From positions 135,406 to 199,405 of the forward strand of contig CAWAGP010000001.1 in the NCBI GenBank assembly GCA_963781705.1: a stretch of DNA of 64,000 nt, in the 5' to 3' direction. Every line of letters starts with the position of its first letter. The stretch's first letter is position 1. The stretch comes from an uncultured Chloroflexia bacterium. GTDB lineage: Bacteria > Chloroflexota > Limnocylindria > Limnocylindrales > CSP1-4. Below are positions 1-10,745 of the stretch, one piece after another. The notes under the pieces were generated by a model. The model saw nothing but the letters and a program-made list of their open reading frames with translations, ran no database searches and had not been told where the DNA came from. A program made the position numbers and the translations under genes.

Positions 1-1704
1 CAGCAGCCGCAGGACTGGCTGGCGCCACATTTCGTGTGGTACATGAAGCAGCAACTTGACCTGCTGCTGGCCGATCGCGCACCGATCCAGACCGGCGGCT
101 ACAAGGTCATCACCACGCTCGACATGCACGCACAGGAGCTGGCCGAGAAGTACGTCGCCGCGGGCACCATCCTGCCCAACATGTCGACCGACGCCATGGA
201 GGCCGCGATCGACGCGGAAGGCCTGCAGCAGGACCGCAAGTGGATCGAGTCGCTCCACGGCGTCGACATCCACAACGGCGCGCTGGTCGCCCTCGACGCC
301 AGAACGGGCGACATCCTGGCCTACGTCGGCAGCTCCGGCTACTACCGCGACGACCTGGCATCGCCGCAGTTCGATCCCCAATTCGACGTGGCCGGCAACG
401 GCTACCGTCAACCGGGGTCGGCCTGGAAGCCGATCGTCTACGCCGCCGGTTTCGATGCTGGCAAGATCACGCCGGGGACGCTGCTGCCCGACGTCACGAC
501 CGAGTTCTCGCGCGACTGGTTCCCGCGCGACGCGGACAAACGCGAGCGCGGCCCGGTGCTGATGCGTCAAGCGCTGACCTACTCCCTCAACATCCCGACC
601 ATCCGCGCGCTCAACCAGATCGGCGTGGACACGGTCGCCGCGCTGGCACACAAGATGGGCATCACCTTCGCGCGCGGCGACAACCAGCTGATCCAGGCCG
701 GCCTGGCAGGTGCCATCGGCACGGCCGAGACGAACATGGTCCAGTTGACGTCGGCGTACGGCGCGCTGGCCAACAACGGCGTGCAGGTCGACCCGCGCAC
801 CATCCTGTCGATCACCGACAGCAACGGCAACGTCATCCCGACCGCCGGTCAGAACGCACCGCGCCAGGTGGTCAGCCAGCAGGCGGCGTGGCTGATCACC
901 GACATCCTCAAGGACAGCACCGATCCCAGCGTCAACGCCATCTTCGGCCCGCGGCTCCAGATCGTGAACGGGCCACCGACACCACTCGAGCCAAAAGGTG
1001 CGCGCCGCCCGGCTGCGGCGAAGACGGGCACGACCGACTACCTGGCTGACCTGTCCGTCTATGGCTACCTGGCGCCTCCGCCTGATCCCAACGCGCCCGA
1101 GTTGGTCGCGTCCGTGTGGATGGGCAATAGCGACCACAGCCCACCCAACGGCGGCGATGCGTCGCTCATCGCGGCGGACGGTCCGGGCCGCATCTGGCAG
1201 TCGTTCCTGCGCGAATACACGGCCCAATGGCCGATCATCGACTTCCCCGGTCCACCGTCAGGCATCGTCTCGGCGACGATCGACGCCTGGTCGGGCGGCG
1301 CGCCGGGGCCGTGGACGCGGGAAACCAAGACCGAGTACTTCATGGCCGGCACCGAGCCGGGTGGCCCGAACCAGGTCGACCCGCCGGGCCTGCTCTACCG
1401 GAACATGTGCGGCGGCTGGTATGTCGACCTGACCAGTGCCGAAGCGGGCAAGAACGACCGCTGGCTGGCGGCGGACCTGAACTGGATGGATCGCGCGCGA
1501 CGCGGCCCCGGACGTCGCGGACCGACCGGCAGCCAGACCGCATATCTGTTCGGGCAGCATGACTGGGGCGGACCGATAGCTCCGCTGGACTGCTCCGCGC
1601 CGCCGCCCGTCGGGCCGACGCCATTGCCCGGCCCGACCCCCACGCCGACGGAGAACCCGCCGCCCGATGTCAGCCCACCGCCCAGCAGCCAGCCACAAGG
1701 CTGA
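1..1704 (+). CDS. Class A penicillin-binding protein, transpeptidase C-terminal part (5' end outside window)
   Basis: The frame is open from base 1 and the first in-frame GTG is at 34. PBP transpeptidase motifs SxN (TYSLNIP) and KTG (AAKTGTTD) are present. The tail is Pro-rich (PTPLPGPTPTPTENPPP). Confidence 0.85.
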   Translation, partial: QQPQDWLAPHFVWYMKQQLDLLLADRAPIQTGGYKVITTLDMHAQELAEKYVAAGTILPNMSTDAMEAAIDAEGLQQDRKWIESLHGVDIHNGALVALDARTGDILAYVGSSGYYRDDLASPQFDPQFDVAGNGYRQPGSAWKPIVYAAGFDAGKITPGTLLPDVTTEFSRDWFPRDADKRERGPVLMRQALTYSLNIPTIRALNQIGVDTVAALAHKMGITFARGDNQLIQAGLAGAIGTAETNMVQLTSAYGALANNGVQVDPRTILSITDSNGNVIPTAGQNAPRQVVSQQAAWLITDILKDSTDPSVNAIFGPRLQIVNGPPTPLEPKGARRPAAAKTGTTDYLADLSVYGYLAPPPDPNAPELVASVWMGNSDHSPPNGGDASLIAADGPGRIWQSFLREYTAQWPIIDFPGPPSGIVSATIDAWSGGAPGPWTRETKTEYFMAGTEPGGPNQVDPPGLLYRNMCGGWYVDLTSAEAGKNDRWLAADLNWMDRARRGPGRRGPTGSQTAYLFGQHDWGGPIAPLDCSAPPPVGPTPLPGPTPTPTENPPPDVSPPPSSQPQG

Positions 1705-1729
1705 GCCGCCAGGGCTCAGGCGGGCGGCT
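1704..1729. terminator. Hairpin AGCCGCC-N12-GGCGGCT spanning the convergent stop codons of the PBP gene and glgX; possible bidirectional terminator
   Basis: A 7-bp perfect inverted repeat is seen directly. No U-tract follows, which is common in high-GC genomes. Confidence 0.35.
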
Positions 1730-3896
1730 CAGCCTCGCTGCCGGCGCTGATCATCAGCATCAGCGTGCGGCCGTCGAGCGGCAGTCTGGCGCCCGCGGAA
1801 TAGACCTCCAGCGACAGGTGCGGCGGCGAGTCGCTGCGCGTATCGAGCACCGTGTGCCATGTCGCGCCCCAGCGCTCTGATGGCAGCTGGAAGGTGACGG
1901 GCTCGGGCGCGGCGTTGAGCATCAGGTAGAAGTCGCGGTCGCTGATCGGCCGGCCGCGCTCGTCGACACCCAGGTCGGCGCCTGACAGGTACAGGCCCAG
2001 GGCGCGCGCCAGCGCCTCGTTCCAGTGTTCCTCGGACATCGGCTGGGCGTCCGGCTGGAACCAGGCGATGTCGGTTACCTGCGCGCCATGGATGTGGCGG
2101 CCGTGGAACCACCGCCGACGGCGGAAGACAGGATGGTCGCGGCGGAAGGCGATCAGGCCGCGCGTGTACTCGAGTAGCGCGTGGTCGGCGTGCTGCCAGT
2201 CGTACCAGCTCAGCTCGTTGTCCTGGCAATAGGCGTTGTTGTTGCCGTTCTGGGTGCGTCCGATCTCGTCGCCGCCCAGGATCATGGGCACGCCCTGGCT
2301 GAGCAGCAACGTGGCCAGGAAATTGCGCCGCTGCTGTGCTCGGTGGGCGTTGACCTGCGGGTCATCGGTCGGACCCTCGACGCCCAGGTTGTACGAGCGG
2401 TTGTCCTCGCTGCCGCCGATGTTGCCTTCTGGATTGGCTTCGTTGTGCTTGTGGTTGTAGCTGACCAGGTCGACCAGCGTGAAGCCGTCGTGGGCGGTGA
2501 CGAAGTTGATGCTCGCGTGCGGCGTGCGCGCGCTGCTCTCGTACAGGTCGGAACTGCCGGTCAGCCGGTAACCCATCTCGCCCAGCGTGCGCGGCTCGCC
2601 ACGCCAGAAGTCGCGCACCGCATCGCGGTACTTGCCGTTCCACTCGGACCACAACGGCGGAAAGTTGCCCACCTGGTAGCCGCCCTCGCCGATGTCCCAC
2701 GGTTCGGCGATCAGCTTTACGCGGTTGATTACCGGGTCCTGCTGGATGACCTCGAAGAACGACGACATGCGCTCGACCGCGTGCTCATCGCGCCCCAGGG
2801 TGACGGCGAGATCGAAGCGGAAGCCGTCGATGTGCATCTCCTGCACCCAATAGCGCAGGCTGTCCATGATCAGCTGGAGCACGAATGGGTGCGGCACGTT
2901 GAGGCTGTTGCCGGTGCCGGTGAAGTCGAGGTAGTAGCGCGGGTCGCTCGGCAGCAGCCGGTAATAGGCAGCGTTGTCGATGCCGCGAAAGCACAGCGTC
3001 GGGCCCAGGTGGGTGCCCTCGCCGCTGTGGTTGTAGACAACGTCCAGGATGACCTCGATGCCCGCCTGGTGCAGCGCGTGGACCATGCGCTTGAACTCGG
3101 TTACCTGCTGGCCGCGCTGGCCGGTGCTGCTGTAGTCATTGTGTGGCGCGAAGAAGCCGATCGTGTTGTAGCCCCAGTAGTTGCGCAGCCCGTTGCGCAC
3201 GAGGTTCGTGTCGTAGACGAACTGGTGGACGGGCAGCAACTCGACCGCGCTGACGCCCAGCTCATGCAGGTAGCGGATGGTCGCCGGATGACCCACACCG
3301 GCGTACGTACCGCGCAGTTCGGCGGGCACGTGCGGGTTGAGCATGGTCAGACCCTTGACATGCGTCTCGTAGATGACCGTCTTGTGCAGCGGCGTGCGCG
3401 GCGCCCGATCGTCGCCCCAATCGAATGCGCTGTCGACAACCACTGAGCGCGGGGCATACGAGGCGCTGTCGCGGTCGTTGCGCCGCCCCGGCCGCCCCCA
3501 GTAGTAGCTGAACAGTGCCTCATCCCAATCGACCGCGCCTTCCACGGCCAGCGCGTACGGGTCGAGCAGCAGCTTGGACGGCTGGCAGCGCTGGCCGTTC
3601 GCCGGCGACCACGGCCCGTGCACGCGGAAGCCGTAGCGCTGGCCGGGCTCGAGTTCAGGCACGAAGCCGTGGCGCACGAAACCGCTCGACTCGGGCAGAT
3701 CGACGCGGCGCTCACGGCCGTGCTCATCGAACAGGCACAGCTCGACGCGACTGGCGACTTCGGAGAAGAGCGCGAAGTTGACGCCGTGACGGTCGTAGGT
3801 GGCTCCCAGCGGATACGGCCGGCCGGGCCAGATAGTTGTTCTACGGCGCGATCGCGGCGTGCGCGATGAACGCGGCCTTTCGGTGATGGCGGTCAG
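1716..3896 (-). CDS. glgX: Glycogen debranching enzyme GlgX (GH13 isoamylase type)
   Basis: GH13 regions are present: DVVYNH, GFRFDLA, EPWD and FVTAHDGF. The N-terminal PYPLGATYD motif is typical of GlgX. The ORF-track start at 4163 reads through an 11-bp repeat (the artefactual RRGRG repeats), so the true start is placed near CTG/alternative codons around 3896, about 16 aa before WPG. The start is uncertain. Confidence 0.8.
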   Translation of the reverse strand: MTAITERPRSSRTPRSRRRTTIWPGRPYPLGATYDRHGVNFALFSEVASRVELCLFDEHGRERRVDLPESSGFVRHGFVPELEPGQRYGFRVHGPWSPANGQRCQPSKLLLDPYALAVEGAVDWDEALFSYYWGRPGRRNDRDSASYAPRSVVVDSAFDWGDDRAPRTPLHKTVIYETHVKGLTMLNPHVPAELRGTYAGVGHPATIRYLHELGVSAVELLPVHQFVYDTNLVRNGLRNYWGYNTIGFFAPHNDYSSTGQRGQQVTEFKRMVHALHQAGIEVILDVVYNHSGEGTHLGPTLCFRGIDNAAYYRLLPSDPRYYLDFTGTGNSLNVPHPFVLQLIMDSLRYWVQEMHIDGFRFDLAVTLGRDEHAVERMSSFFEVIQQDPVINRVKLIAEPWDIGEGGYQVGNFPPLWSEWNGKYRDAVRDFWRGEPRTLGEMGYRLTGSSDLYESSARTPHASINFVTAHDGFTLVDLVSYNHKHNEANPEGNIGGSEDNRSYNLGVEGPTDDPQVNAHRAQQRRNFLATLLLSQGVPMILGGDEIGRTQNGNNNAYCQDNELSWYDWQHADHALLEYTRGLIAFRRDHPVFRRRRWFHGRHIHGAQVTDIAWFQPDAQPMSEEHWNEALARALGLYLSGADLGVDERGRPISDRDFYLMLNAAPEPVTFQLPSERWGATWHTVLDTRSDSPPHLSLEVYSAGARLPLDGRTLMLMISAGSEAEPPA

Positions 3897-4080
3897 TGAG
3901 GGCTCCTTCCTTCGATAACGAAGCGGACTTGAGTCGATCCGGCCAGTACGAGCCACGTTCCCGATTCGGCCCAACAACACGCAAGGCTGACAGTTTCGCT
4001 GAAAGGCGGCTGAAACCGCGGCGCATGGCCGGCCGCGAGTCGGAGCGCTACAACGTCCAGGAAGGGCGGCGACTGCCGGT

Positions 4081-4150
4081 CCGCCTCGCCCGCGCCTCGC
4101 CCGCGCCTCGCCCGCGCCTCGCCCGCGCCTCGCCCGCGCCTCGCCCGCGC
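4081..4150. repeat. Perfect tandem repeat (CCTCGCCCGCG)x6 plus a partial unit, in the glgX/ligD divergent intergenic region
   Basis: Six identical 11-nt units are read directly at 4084-4149, flanked by a partial copy. Confidence 0.9.
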
Positions 4151-4338
4151 GAATCCGATCCACAGTCGGAAGTGGAACGCGTTTGTCCCGTTTTTGTGGG
4201 CCAGCCGGCTGCTTTGGCGCCGATTTCCGACTAAGACGCGTGAATCGGGGGCGGTTTGCGCAGCCAGACCTCGAATCCGGTCAAAGCTCCGACTGAGGCG
4301 CGGAATGCGCGGATCACTCGACACGTAACCTGAACGCG

Positions 4339-6954
4339 ATGTCGCTCGAAACGTACCGTCGCAAGCGCGATTTCACGCGCACTCCGGAGCCGAGCGGCGA
4401 CGGTGCGCGCCCGTCAGCGCCACCGGCACCGGGGCGGCGCTACGTCGTCCAGCGCCATCGTGCAACCCGGCTGCATTACGACTTCCGGCTCGAGATCGAC
4501 GGTGTGCTGATGAGCTGGGCGGTACCGAAAGGACCCTCGCTCAACCCCGCGGACAGGCGCATGGCGGTCCACGTCGAGGACCACCCCATCTCGTACTTCG
4601 ACTTTGAGGGCGTGATCCCCAAGGGCGAGTACGGCGGCGGCGACGTGATCATCTGGGACTGGGGCACGTTCGAGCCGGAAGAAACGGACGATCCGGGCGG
4701 GGCCGTCCGCGGCGGGGAGCTCAAGTTCCGCCTCGACGGCCAGAAGCTGCACGGTCGCTTCACGCTGGTCAAGATCCGCTCCGCCGATCCCGCCAAAGAT
4801 GATTGGTTGCTCATCCACAAGCGCGACGACGCGGCCGACGCGAACTGGGACATCGACGACTGGCCGCGCTCGGTGAAGACGGGCCGGACGAACGACGAGG
4901 TCGCCGCCGGTGCGGATGCCGTGTGGGACTCGCGTGCGCCGGCGGCGGAGGCGGAAATCGACCTGTCCGCCGCACGACAAGCCGGCCTGCCCGACTTCAT
5001 CGAGCCGATGAACGCGAGCGCGGTCGACAAGCCATTCAGCCACCCCGACTGGCTGTTCGAGCTCAAGCTCGACGGCTACCGGGTGGAGGCCGTGCTCACC
5101 GGCGGCGTCCTTCACCTTTGGACGCGCAACCGCCACGACGCGGCCCGCTACTTCCCTGACCTGGCGCGCGCAAAGCCGACCTGGATCAACGCGCGTAATG
5201 CCATCGTCGACGGCGAGGTGGTGGCGCTTGACGAAGAGGGCCGGCCGGCGTTCAGCCTACTGCAGGATCACGTCGGACCGGTGCTCGTGCGACCGGCCGC
5301 CAAGGCGCCGATCGTCTATTACGTCTTCGACCTGCTCTATCTCGATGGCCGCCTGCTGATCGACGTACCGCTCGAGCAGCGCAAACGCCTGCTGCGCAGC
5401 GTGCTGCACGAGCAGTCCATGGTGCGCTATGCCACGCACGTCGAGGGCGATGGTGAGGACTTCTACGCGGCGGTCAAGGAACGGGGCCTGGAGGGCATGG
5501 TGGCCAAGTTGCGTGCCAGCCGTTACGAGCCGGGACGCCGTTCGAAGGCGTGGCTGAAGATCAAGATCCGGCGCGAGCAGGAGGCGCTGGTGGTCGGCTA
5601 TGAACCGGGCCAGCGCTCGCGCGCCGACCTCGGGTCGCTCATCCTGGCCGTGTACGACGGCGCCGACCTGCGCTACGTGGGCGAGGTTGGCAGCGGTCTG
5701 ACCGATCGGCAGGTCAAGCAGCTCAAGAACGAGCTGGACGCGCATCGCGTCGAGCAACCGCCGGTCGTCAACCCACCGAAGATCAAAGGCGCGGTCTGGT
5801 CGGAACCGCGCCTCGTGGTACGTGTCGAGTTCAGCGAATGGACTCGGGACAACCTGCTGCGCCAGGCAGCGCTGAAGGGCGTCGACATCGGCAAGGACCC
5901 GCGCTCGGTGGTACGCGAACACGAGGCGGAAGCTTCGCCCGAACCACCGGCGGGCCCTGCGGCGGGACTCCGACGCCACCGCGCGTCACCCGCCGCCACG
6001 CAGGCCGCCCTGCCGCAGTCGGTGACCACCGACCAGCTTGCGGCCCTCGACGCCATGGGGAAGGACGGCAATTGGGAGGTCGGCGGTCAGTCGATCAACC
6101 TGAGCAACCTGGACAAGGTGCTCTTTCCGGAGCCCGGCTATACCAAGCGCGACCTGGTCCGCTACTACGTCACGATCGCGCCGGTCATGCTGCCCTACCT
6201 GAGTGGTCGCGCGCTCAACCTATGGCGCTGGCCGGACGGCATCACCGGCGGCCACTTCTGGCAGAAGCAGGTACCCGCCTGGGCACCGCAGTGGATCCGG
6301 CGCTGGGACTACCCGGAGGCCGGCACGAGCGAGTCGCATACCTATCTCGTGGCGGACCAGGTCGCCACGTTGGCCTGGCTGGCCAACCACGCCACGATCG
6401 ACGTGCATCCCTGGACATCGCGCGTCGACGCCTACCGCAATCCGACCTATGCCCTGATCGACATCGACCCCGGCGAGCGGACGACGTTTGCCGACGTGCT
6501 GACGCTGGCGCGGCTGTACCGCGCGGCGCTCGAGCATCTGGGTGTGCGCGGCTTCCCCAAGGTGACCGGCAAACGTGGTATCCAGGTGTGGATCCCGATC
6601 GTCGCGCGATACACCTTCGACGACACGCGCAACTGGGTCGAGGCGATTTCGCGGGCCGTCGGCCACGCCGTTCCGCAGCTGGTCAGCTGGGAGTGGGCGA
6701 AATCGGCGCGGCGCGGCCTGGCTCGCCTCGACTTCACCCAGAACGCCGTCAACAAGACGCTCGTCGCTCCGTACGCGGTGCGGCCGGTGCCCAACGCGGC
6801 GGTATCGGCGCCGATCACCTGGGACGAGCTGGACGACCCTGAACTTCGACCGGATCGGTGGGACATTCGCACCATCCTCGAGCGCGTCGCGGCGCGCGGC
6901 GACCTTTTCGCGGCCGTGCTCGAGTTGCAGCAGGAGCTGCCCGAGGTCGGCTGA
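4339..6954 (+). CDS. ligD: Multidomain ATP-dependent DNA ligase LigD (3'-phosphoesterase, ligase, polymerase/primase)
   Basis: The N-terminus has the PE-domain signature HYDFRLE. The adenylation motif I is KLDGYR (ELKLDGYRVEAV). The C-terminal 300 aa are LigD Pol-like. ATG at 4339. Confidence 0.9.
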   Translation: MSLETYRRKRDFTRTPEPSGDGARPSAPPAPGRRYVVQRHRATRLHYDFRLEIDGVLMSWAVPKGPSLNPADRRMAVHVEDHPISYFDFEGVIPKGEYGGGDVIIWDWGTFEPEETDDPGGAVRGGELKFRLDGQKLHGRFTLVKIRSADPAKDDWLLIHKRDDAADANWDIDDWPRSVKTGRTNDEVAAGADAVWDSRAPAAEAEIDLSAARQAGLPDFIEPMNASAVDKPFSHPDWLFELKLDGYRVEAVLTGGVLHLWTRNRHDAARYFPDLARAKPTWINARNAIVDGEVVALDEEGRPAFSLLQDHVGPVLVRPAAKAPIVYYVFDLLYLDGRLLIDVPLEQRKRLLRSVLHEQSMVRYATHVEGDGEDFYAAVKERGLEGMVAKLRASRYEPGRRSKAWLKIKIRREQEALVVGYEPGQRSRADLGSLILAVYDGADLRYVGEVGSGLTDRQVKQLKNELDAHRVEQPPVVNPPKIKGAVWSEPRLVVRVEFSEWTRDNLLRQAALKGVDIGKDPRSVVREHEAEASPEPPAGPAAGLRRHRASPAATQAALPQSVTTDQLAALDAMGKDGNWEVGGQSINLSNLDKVLFPEPGYTKRDLVRYYVTIAPVMLPYLSGRALNLWRWPDGITGGHFWQKQVPAWAPQWIRRWDYPEAGTSESHTYLVADQVATLAWLANHATIDVHPWTSRVDAYRNPTYALIDIDPGERTTFADVLTLARLYRAALEHLGVRGFPKVTGKRGIQVWIPIVARYTFDDTRNWVEAISRAVGHAVPQLVSWEWAKSARRGLARLDFTQNAVNKTLVAPYAVRPVPNAAVSAPITWDELDDPELRPDRWDIRTILERVAARGDLFAAVLELQQELPEVG

Positions 6955-6993
6955 CCGCGACAGGCGGCGTCCCCGGCGCGGCCGCGAGGTCGG

Positions 6994-8235
6994 TCAGACC
7001 TCCGCCGGTTCGGGCATGTCGCGCATCCTGATGACCGGGCTCCAGATGATCCACAGGACACCGGTCAGGGCGGCGAGAGTGACGACGAACAGGGTCTCGC
7101 GTACGCCGATCAGGCCACCCAGGGCGCCGCCCATCAAGGCACCGATCGGGCGGATGCCGTAGTTGACGAATCGGAACGCACCCATCGCCCGGCCGCGAAT
7201 CTTGTCCGGTATCCGCGCCTGCATGAAGGCGCCCACGTTGATGTCCAGGATCATCACGCCAAGACCCGCCAGGAACTCGGTGACGAACAGGATCGCCAGG
7301 ATGACGGGCAACGGTCCGGCGGCCAGTGGAATGAGGATCAGCGCCGCCGGGAACAGGACCAACCCGAGTGCGTACGCCGGGCCGAGGCCGATGCGCCGGC
7401 CGACGCGCCCGGCGATGAGTGCCCCAACCACGGCGCCAACGGCGCCCGCGCCCAGGGCCAGGCCGAGCAATCCCGGTTCGACGTTCAGGTACGTCGTCAC
7501 GTACAGGATGAACAGCGCCTGAAAGGCAAAGTTGAACAGGTTCACGGTGGCTACCGAGAGCAGGCCCGGCCGCATGATCGGGTCGCGGTAGATGAACGAC
7601 GCACCGGTCACGAGTTGGCGGACGAGGCTGTCCGTCTGCGGCTCGACCGGCGGCTCGGTCGCCTTGGTGCGCAACAGGAAGAGTGCTGAAGCGACAAACG
7701 AAAGCGCGTCGATCAGCATGACGTAGGCGCCGCCGAGCAGCTGGATCAGGATGCCACCGATCGACGGCCCGGCCACCTGAGCCAGCGACCGGCTGCCGCT
7801 GAGCAACGAGTTCGCCTGGACGTATTCGTCGCGCTGGGCGACGGCCACGAACAGCGTGTTCCAGGCGATGTCGAAGCCGACGGCCAGCGTGCCGGCCACG
7901 AACGTCACCAGGAACAACTGCTCCAGGCTGAGGATGCCCAGCACGAATGCCAGCGGGATGGTGGCGATGACCAGCGCGCGGACGAGGTCGATCGCAATCA
8001 TCAGCCGCCGCCGGTGATGCACACGATCGAGCCACACGCCTGCCGGCAAGGAGAAGAACAGGTGCGGCAACAGTCCGACCGCCGTCAGCAGGCCCATCTG
8101 GGCGGCTTCGGCGTGCAGCACAAGCACCGCAATGATCGGCACCGCCAGCAGCGTGACCTGATCGCCGATAACGGAGATGGTCTGGCCGATCCAGAAATTG
8201 CGGAAGGGCGCCTGCCGCAGCAGCGACGGGATCAT
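6994..8235 (-). CDS. MFS transporter (EntS/enterobactin-exporter-like family)
   Basis: Twelve hydrophobic segments. The N-terminus reads NFWIGQTISxxGD, typical of this MFS subfamily. Confidence 0.75.
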   Translation of the reverse strand: MIPSLLRQAPFRNFWIGQTISVIGDQVTLLAVPIIAVLVLHAEAAQMGLLTAVGLLPHLFFSLPAGVWLDRVHHRRRLMIAIDLVRALVIATIPLAFVLGILSLEQLFLVTFVAGTLAVGFDIAWNTLFVAVAQRDEYVQANSLLSGSRSLAQVAGPSIGGILIQLLGGAYVMLIDALSFVASALFLLRTKATEPPVEPQTDSLVRQLVTGASFIYRDPIMRPGLLSVATVNLFNFAFQALFILYVTTYLNVEPGLLGLALGAGAVGAVVGALIAGRVGRRIGLGPAYALGLVLFPAALILIPLAAGPLPVILAILFVTEFLAGLGVMILDINVGAFMQARIPDKIRGRAMGAFRFVNYGIRPIGALMGGALGGLIGVRETLFVVTLAALTGVLWIIWSPVIRMRDMPEPAEV

Positions 8236-8930
8236 CGCCGCCCCCTGTCAGCGACGAACTCGATGCGCTGCGCGAGGCTGAACCGCCACGGCCAATGCCA
8301 CTTCACGGCGTCGACGAGATCCATGCCCGAACCCAGGGCATGGGCAAGCGGATCGGGCACATGACGGTGGAAAGGCAGGCCGCCCGGCAGCAGGTCCCAG
8401 ATCAGGGCACGTCCGCCGGGGCGCAGGACGCGCGCGATCTCGGCCAGGCCGGCCTGCGGGTCGTCCCAGTGATGCATCGACATGGTGCTCACCACAACGT
8501 CGAACGATTGGTCCGCGAACGGCAGTGCGGCGACGTCGCCAACCTCGAAGCGCAGGCCGTCGGCAGCGCCTCCCTCGCACGCGGCGTTGGCGCGCGCCCG
8601 TTCGACCATGCTCGGGTCGAGGTCGAGCCCGGTCACCTCGAAGCCCCGGTCGCGCGCCAGGCGCACCGACAGATGGCCGGGGCCACAGCCCACCTCCAGC
8701 AGCCTGGCGCCCGGCGGGGCAGCCACGGCCACATCCGCGGCGATGCCCTTGAAGAGCGAGCCGAGCAGTAACCGGCTCAACGCGTCATACGACAGCGTGT
8801 CATCCATCACGACGCCGCCTGCCACGCTGCGGCCGGCCGCTCCGGCACGATGCCGAACGATCGCCACGGCCGCCGCAGTGGCGCCGGCGACAGCAAGCAA
8901 ACCCGCCACTCTGCGCGCTCGAACCACCAC
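8232..8930 (-). CDS. Class I SAM-dependent methyltransferase
   Basis: SAM motif LLEVGCGPG. The start is placed at GTG 8930, preceded by the SD AAGGGAGGG. The ORF-track start at 8984 would overlap the tRNA. There is a 4-nt stop/start overlap with the downstream MFS gene. Confidence 0.7.
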   Translation of the reverse strand: MVVRARRVAGLLAVAGATAAAVAIVRHRAGAAGRSVAGGVVMDDTLSYDALSRLLLGSLFKGIAADVAVAAPPGARLLEVGCGPGHLSVRLARDRGFEVTGLDLDPSMVERARANAACEGGAADGLRFEVGDVAALPFADQSFDVVVSTMSMHHWDDPQAGLAEIARVLRPGGRALIWDLLPGGLPFHRHVPDPLAHALGSGMDLVDAVKWHWPWRFSLAQRIEFVADRGRR

Positions 8931-8958
8931 CCCTCCCTTGGTAGACTCCAATTGTCGC

Positions 8959-9033
8959 TGGCGAGTGGCCAAACGGTAAGGCACCTGACTCTGGATCAGG
9001 CAATTGAAGGTTCAATTCCTTCCTCGCCAGCCA
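8959..9033 (+). tRNA. tRNA-Gln, anticodon CUG
   Basis: Folded manually: acceptor TGGCGAG/CTCGCCA, discriminator G, encoded CCA. The 3-bp D-stem GCC/GGC is as in E. coli tRNA-Gln. The anticodon stem is CCTGA/TCAGG and the loop is CTCTGGA (U33, C34-U35-G36). The T arm is GAAGG-TTCAATT-CCTTC. Confidence 0.9.
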
Positions 9034-9071
9034 AATCTCCCGTCCAGTTGCAGCTTGGTTGGCCCGTACCC

Positions 9072-10745
9072 GTGACCACCGACTTCATCCGCGAGATCGT
9101 CGCCGCCGACATTCGCGCCGGCCGGCACACGACGATCGTGACGCGCTTCCCGCCCGAGCCGAACGGCTACCTGCACATTGGCCATGCCAAGTCCATCTGC
9201 CTGAACTTCGGCATCGCCGCCGAGTTCGGCGGACGCTGCCACCTGCGCTTCGACGACACGAACCCGGAGAAGGAGGAGCAGGAGTACATCGACGCGATCG
9301 AGCACGACCTGCGCTGGCTGGGCTTCGACTGGGGCGAGCACCTCTACCACGCGTCGGACTACTTCGAGCAGTTGTACGAGTGGGCGGTCGAGCTGGTCAA
9401 GGGCGGCAGGGCGTACGTCGACGACCTGTCGGCCGACGAGATGCGCGAGCACCGCGGCACCCTGACCGAACGCGGCCGGAACTCGCCGTGGCGCGACCGC
9501 CCGATCGCGGAGAACGTCGACCTCTTCGAGCGCATGCGCGCCGGCGAGTTTCCCAATGGCGCGCACGTCCTGCGCGCCAAGATCGACATGGCCTCACCGA
9601 ACATCAACCTGCGCGATCCGGTGCTCTACCGCATCGTCCACGCCGCCCATCCGCGTACCGGCGACGCGTGGCGCGTCTATCCAACCTACGACTTTGCACA
9701 CGGCCAGTCGGATGCCATCGAGGGCATCACCCACTCGCTGTGCACGCTCGAGTTCGAGGCGCACCGGCCGCTCTACGACTGGCTGATCGACAACCTGCCG
9801 GTGCCGTCGCGCCCGCGCCAGATCGAGTTCGCACGCCTTGCGCTAACCCACACGGTGCTGTCCAAGCGCTTCCTGCTGCGTCTCGTCAACGATGGCCACG
9901 TGCGCGGCTGGGACGACCCGCGCATGCCCACCATCTCCGGGATGCGCCGGCGCGGCTACCCCGCCGAGGGCATCCGCGACTTCGCCACCATGGTCGGCGT
10001 GGCCAAGGCGAACACGGTGATCGAGATCGGCCAGCTCGAGCATGCCGTGCGCAACGTCCTCAATCGCACAGCGCTGCGCCGCTTCGCCGTGCTCGACCCG
10101 CTCAAGGTGGTCGTCGAGAACTACCCCGCCGGGCAGGTCGAGACGCTCGAGGTGCCCAACAACCCCGAGGACTCGGCCGCCGGCGACCGACCGGTCGAGT
10201 TCTCACGCGAGCTGTGGATCGAGCGCGATGACTTCATGGAGGAACCGCCGCCGAAGTTCTTCCGCCTCGCTCCGGGGCGCGAGGTGCGCCTCCGTGCGGC
10301 TTACTTCATCACCTGCCAGTCGGTCGTCCACGACGCCGACGGAAAGATCGTCGAACTGCGCTGCACATACGATCCCGCGACGCGCGGCGGCGATGCGCCC
10401 GACGGACGGCGGCCCAAGGCAACTCTCCACTGGCTGTCCGCTGCGCACGCGATCCCGGCAGAGGTCCGGCTGTACGACCACCTGTTCAGCGAGCAGTTCC
10501 CGGGCGGCGGCGGCGACCTGATGGCCGATCTGAATCCGGCCTCAGAGACGGTGCTCGCCGGCGCGCTCGTCGAGGCCAGCCTGGCTGACGCGCCGGCGGG
10601 CACGACCGTCCAGTTCGAGCGTCTGGGATACTTCGCGTTCGACCCCGATTCCGCACCCGGCCGCCCAGTCTTCAACCGCGCGCTCACGCTCAAGGACACC
10701 TGGGCCAAGGTGCAGGCACAGAGCGGAGGATCTGGCAATGGGTGA
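9072..10745 (+). CDS. glnS: Glutaminyl-tRNA synthetase
   Basis: The sequence is strongly collinear with GlnRS: [18 protein letters not shown] (the HIGH motif), [22 protein letters not shown] and VLSKR (the KMSKS-type motif). The start is either GTG 9072 or GTG 9042, both after the tRNA. Confidence 0.9.
   Translation: MTTDFIREIVAADIRAGRHTTIVTRFPPEPNGYLHIGHAKSICLNFGIAAEFGGRCHLRFDDTNPEKEEQEYIDAIEHDLRWLGFDWGEHLYHASDYFEQLYEWAVELVKGGRAYVDDLSADEMREHRGTLTERGRNSPWRDRPIAENVDLFERMRAGEFPNGAHVLRAKIDMASPNINLRDPVLYRIVHAAHPRTGDAWRVYPTYDFAHGQSDAIEGITHSLCTLEFEAHRPLYDWLIDNLPVPSRPRQIEFARLALTHTVLSKRFLLRLVNDGHVRGWDDPRMPTISGMRRRGYPAEGIRDFATMVGVAKANTVIEIGQLEHAVRNVLNRTALRRFAVLDPLKVVVENYPAGQVETLEVPNNPEDSAAGDRPVEFSRELWIERDDFMEEPPPKFFRLAPGREVRLRAAYFITCQSVVHDADGKIVELRCTYDPATRGGDAPDGRRPKATLHWLSAAHAIPAEVRLYDHLFSEQFPGGGGDLMADLNPASETVLAGALVEASLADAPAGTTVQFERLGYFAFDPDSAPGRPVFNRALTLKDTWAKVQAQSGGSGNG

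Noticed and set aside
240-1049. Long alternative-frame ORFs overlapping real genes on either strand (for example 240..1049, 2181..3446, 6815..8035, 9059..10231, 21232..22293, 40044..41933, the 5' part of 48369..50891 and the first 250 codons of 53198..55717)
   Set aside because: At about 70% GC, stop codons are rare in all frames. These ORFs have Arg/Ala/Pro/Gly-dominated translations with no motifs. They overlap well-supported genes, so they are treated as artefacts.
4081-4150. CRISPR array interpretation of the tandem repeats at 4081-4150 and 31818-31883
   Set aside because: The units are 11 and 22 bp with no unique spacers and no cas genes. These are simple tandem repeats, not CRISPRs.
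3897-4163. The N-terminal RRGRGAGEARA repeats in the 815-aa ORF-track version of glgX
   Set aside because: They are the translation of the 11-bp DNA tandem repeat (33 nt = 3 units) in the intergenic region. The conserved GlgX N-terminus starts about 16 aa before WPG, so the gene start was moved to about 3896.
8931-8984. ORF-track start of the methyltransferase at 8984
   Set aside because: It would overlap the tRNA on the opposite strand. GTG 8930 has a strong SD (AAGGGAGGG) and is preferred.
8850-9071. ORF-track start of glnS at 8850
   Set aside because: It would run through the tRNA-Gln gene (8959-9033) on the same strand. The start was moved to GTG 9072 (or 9042).
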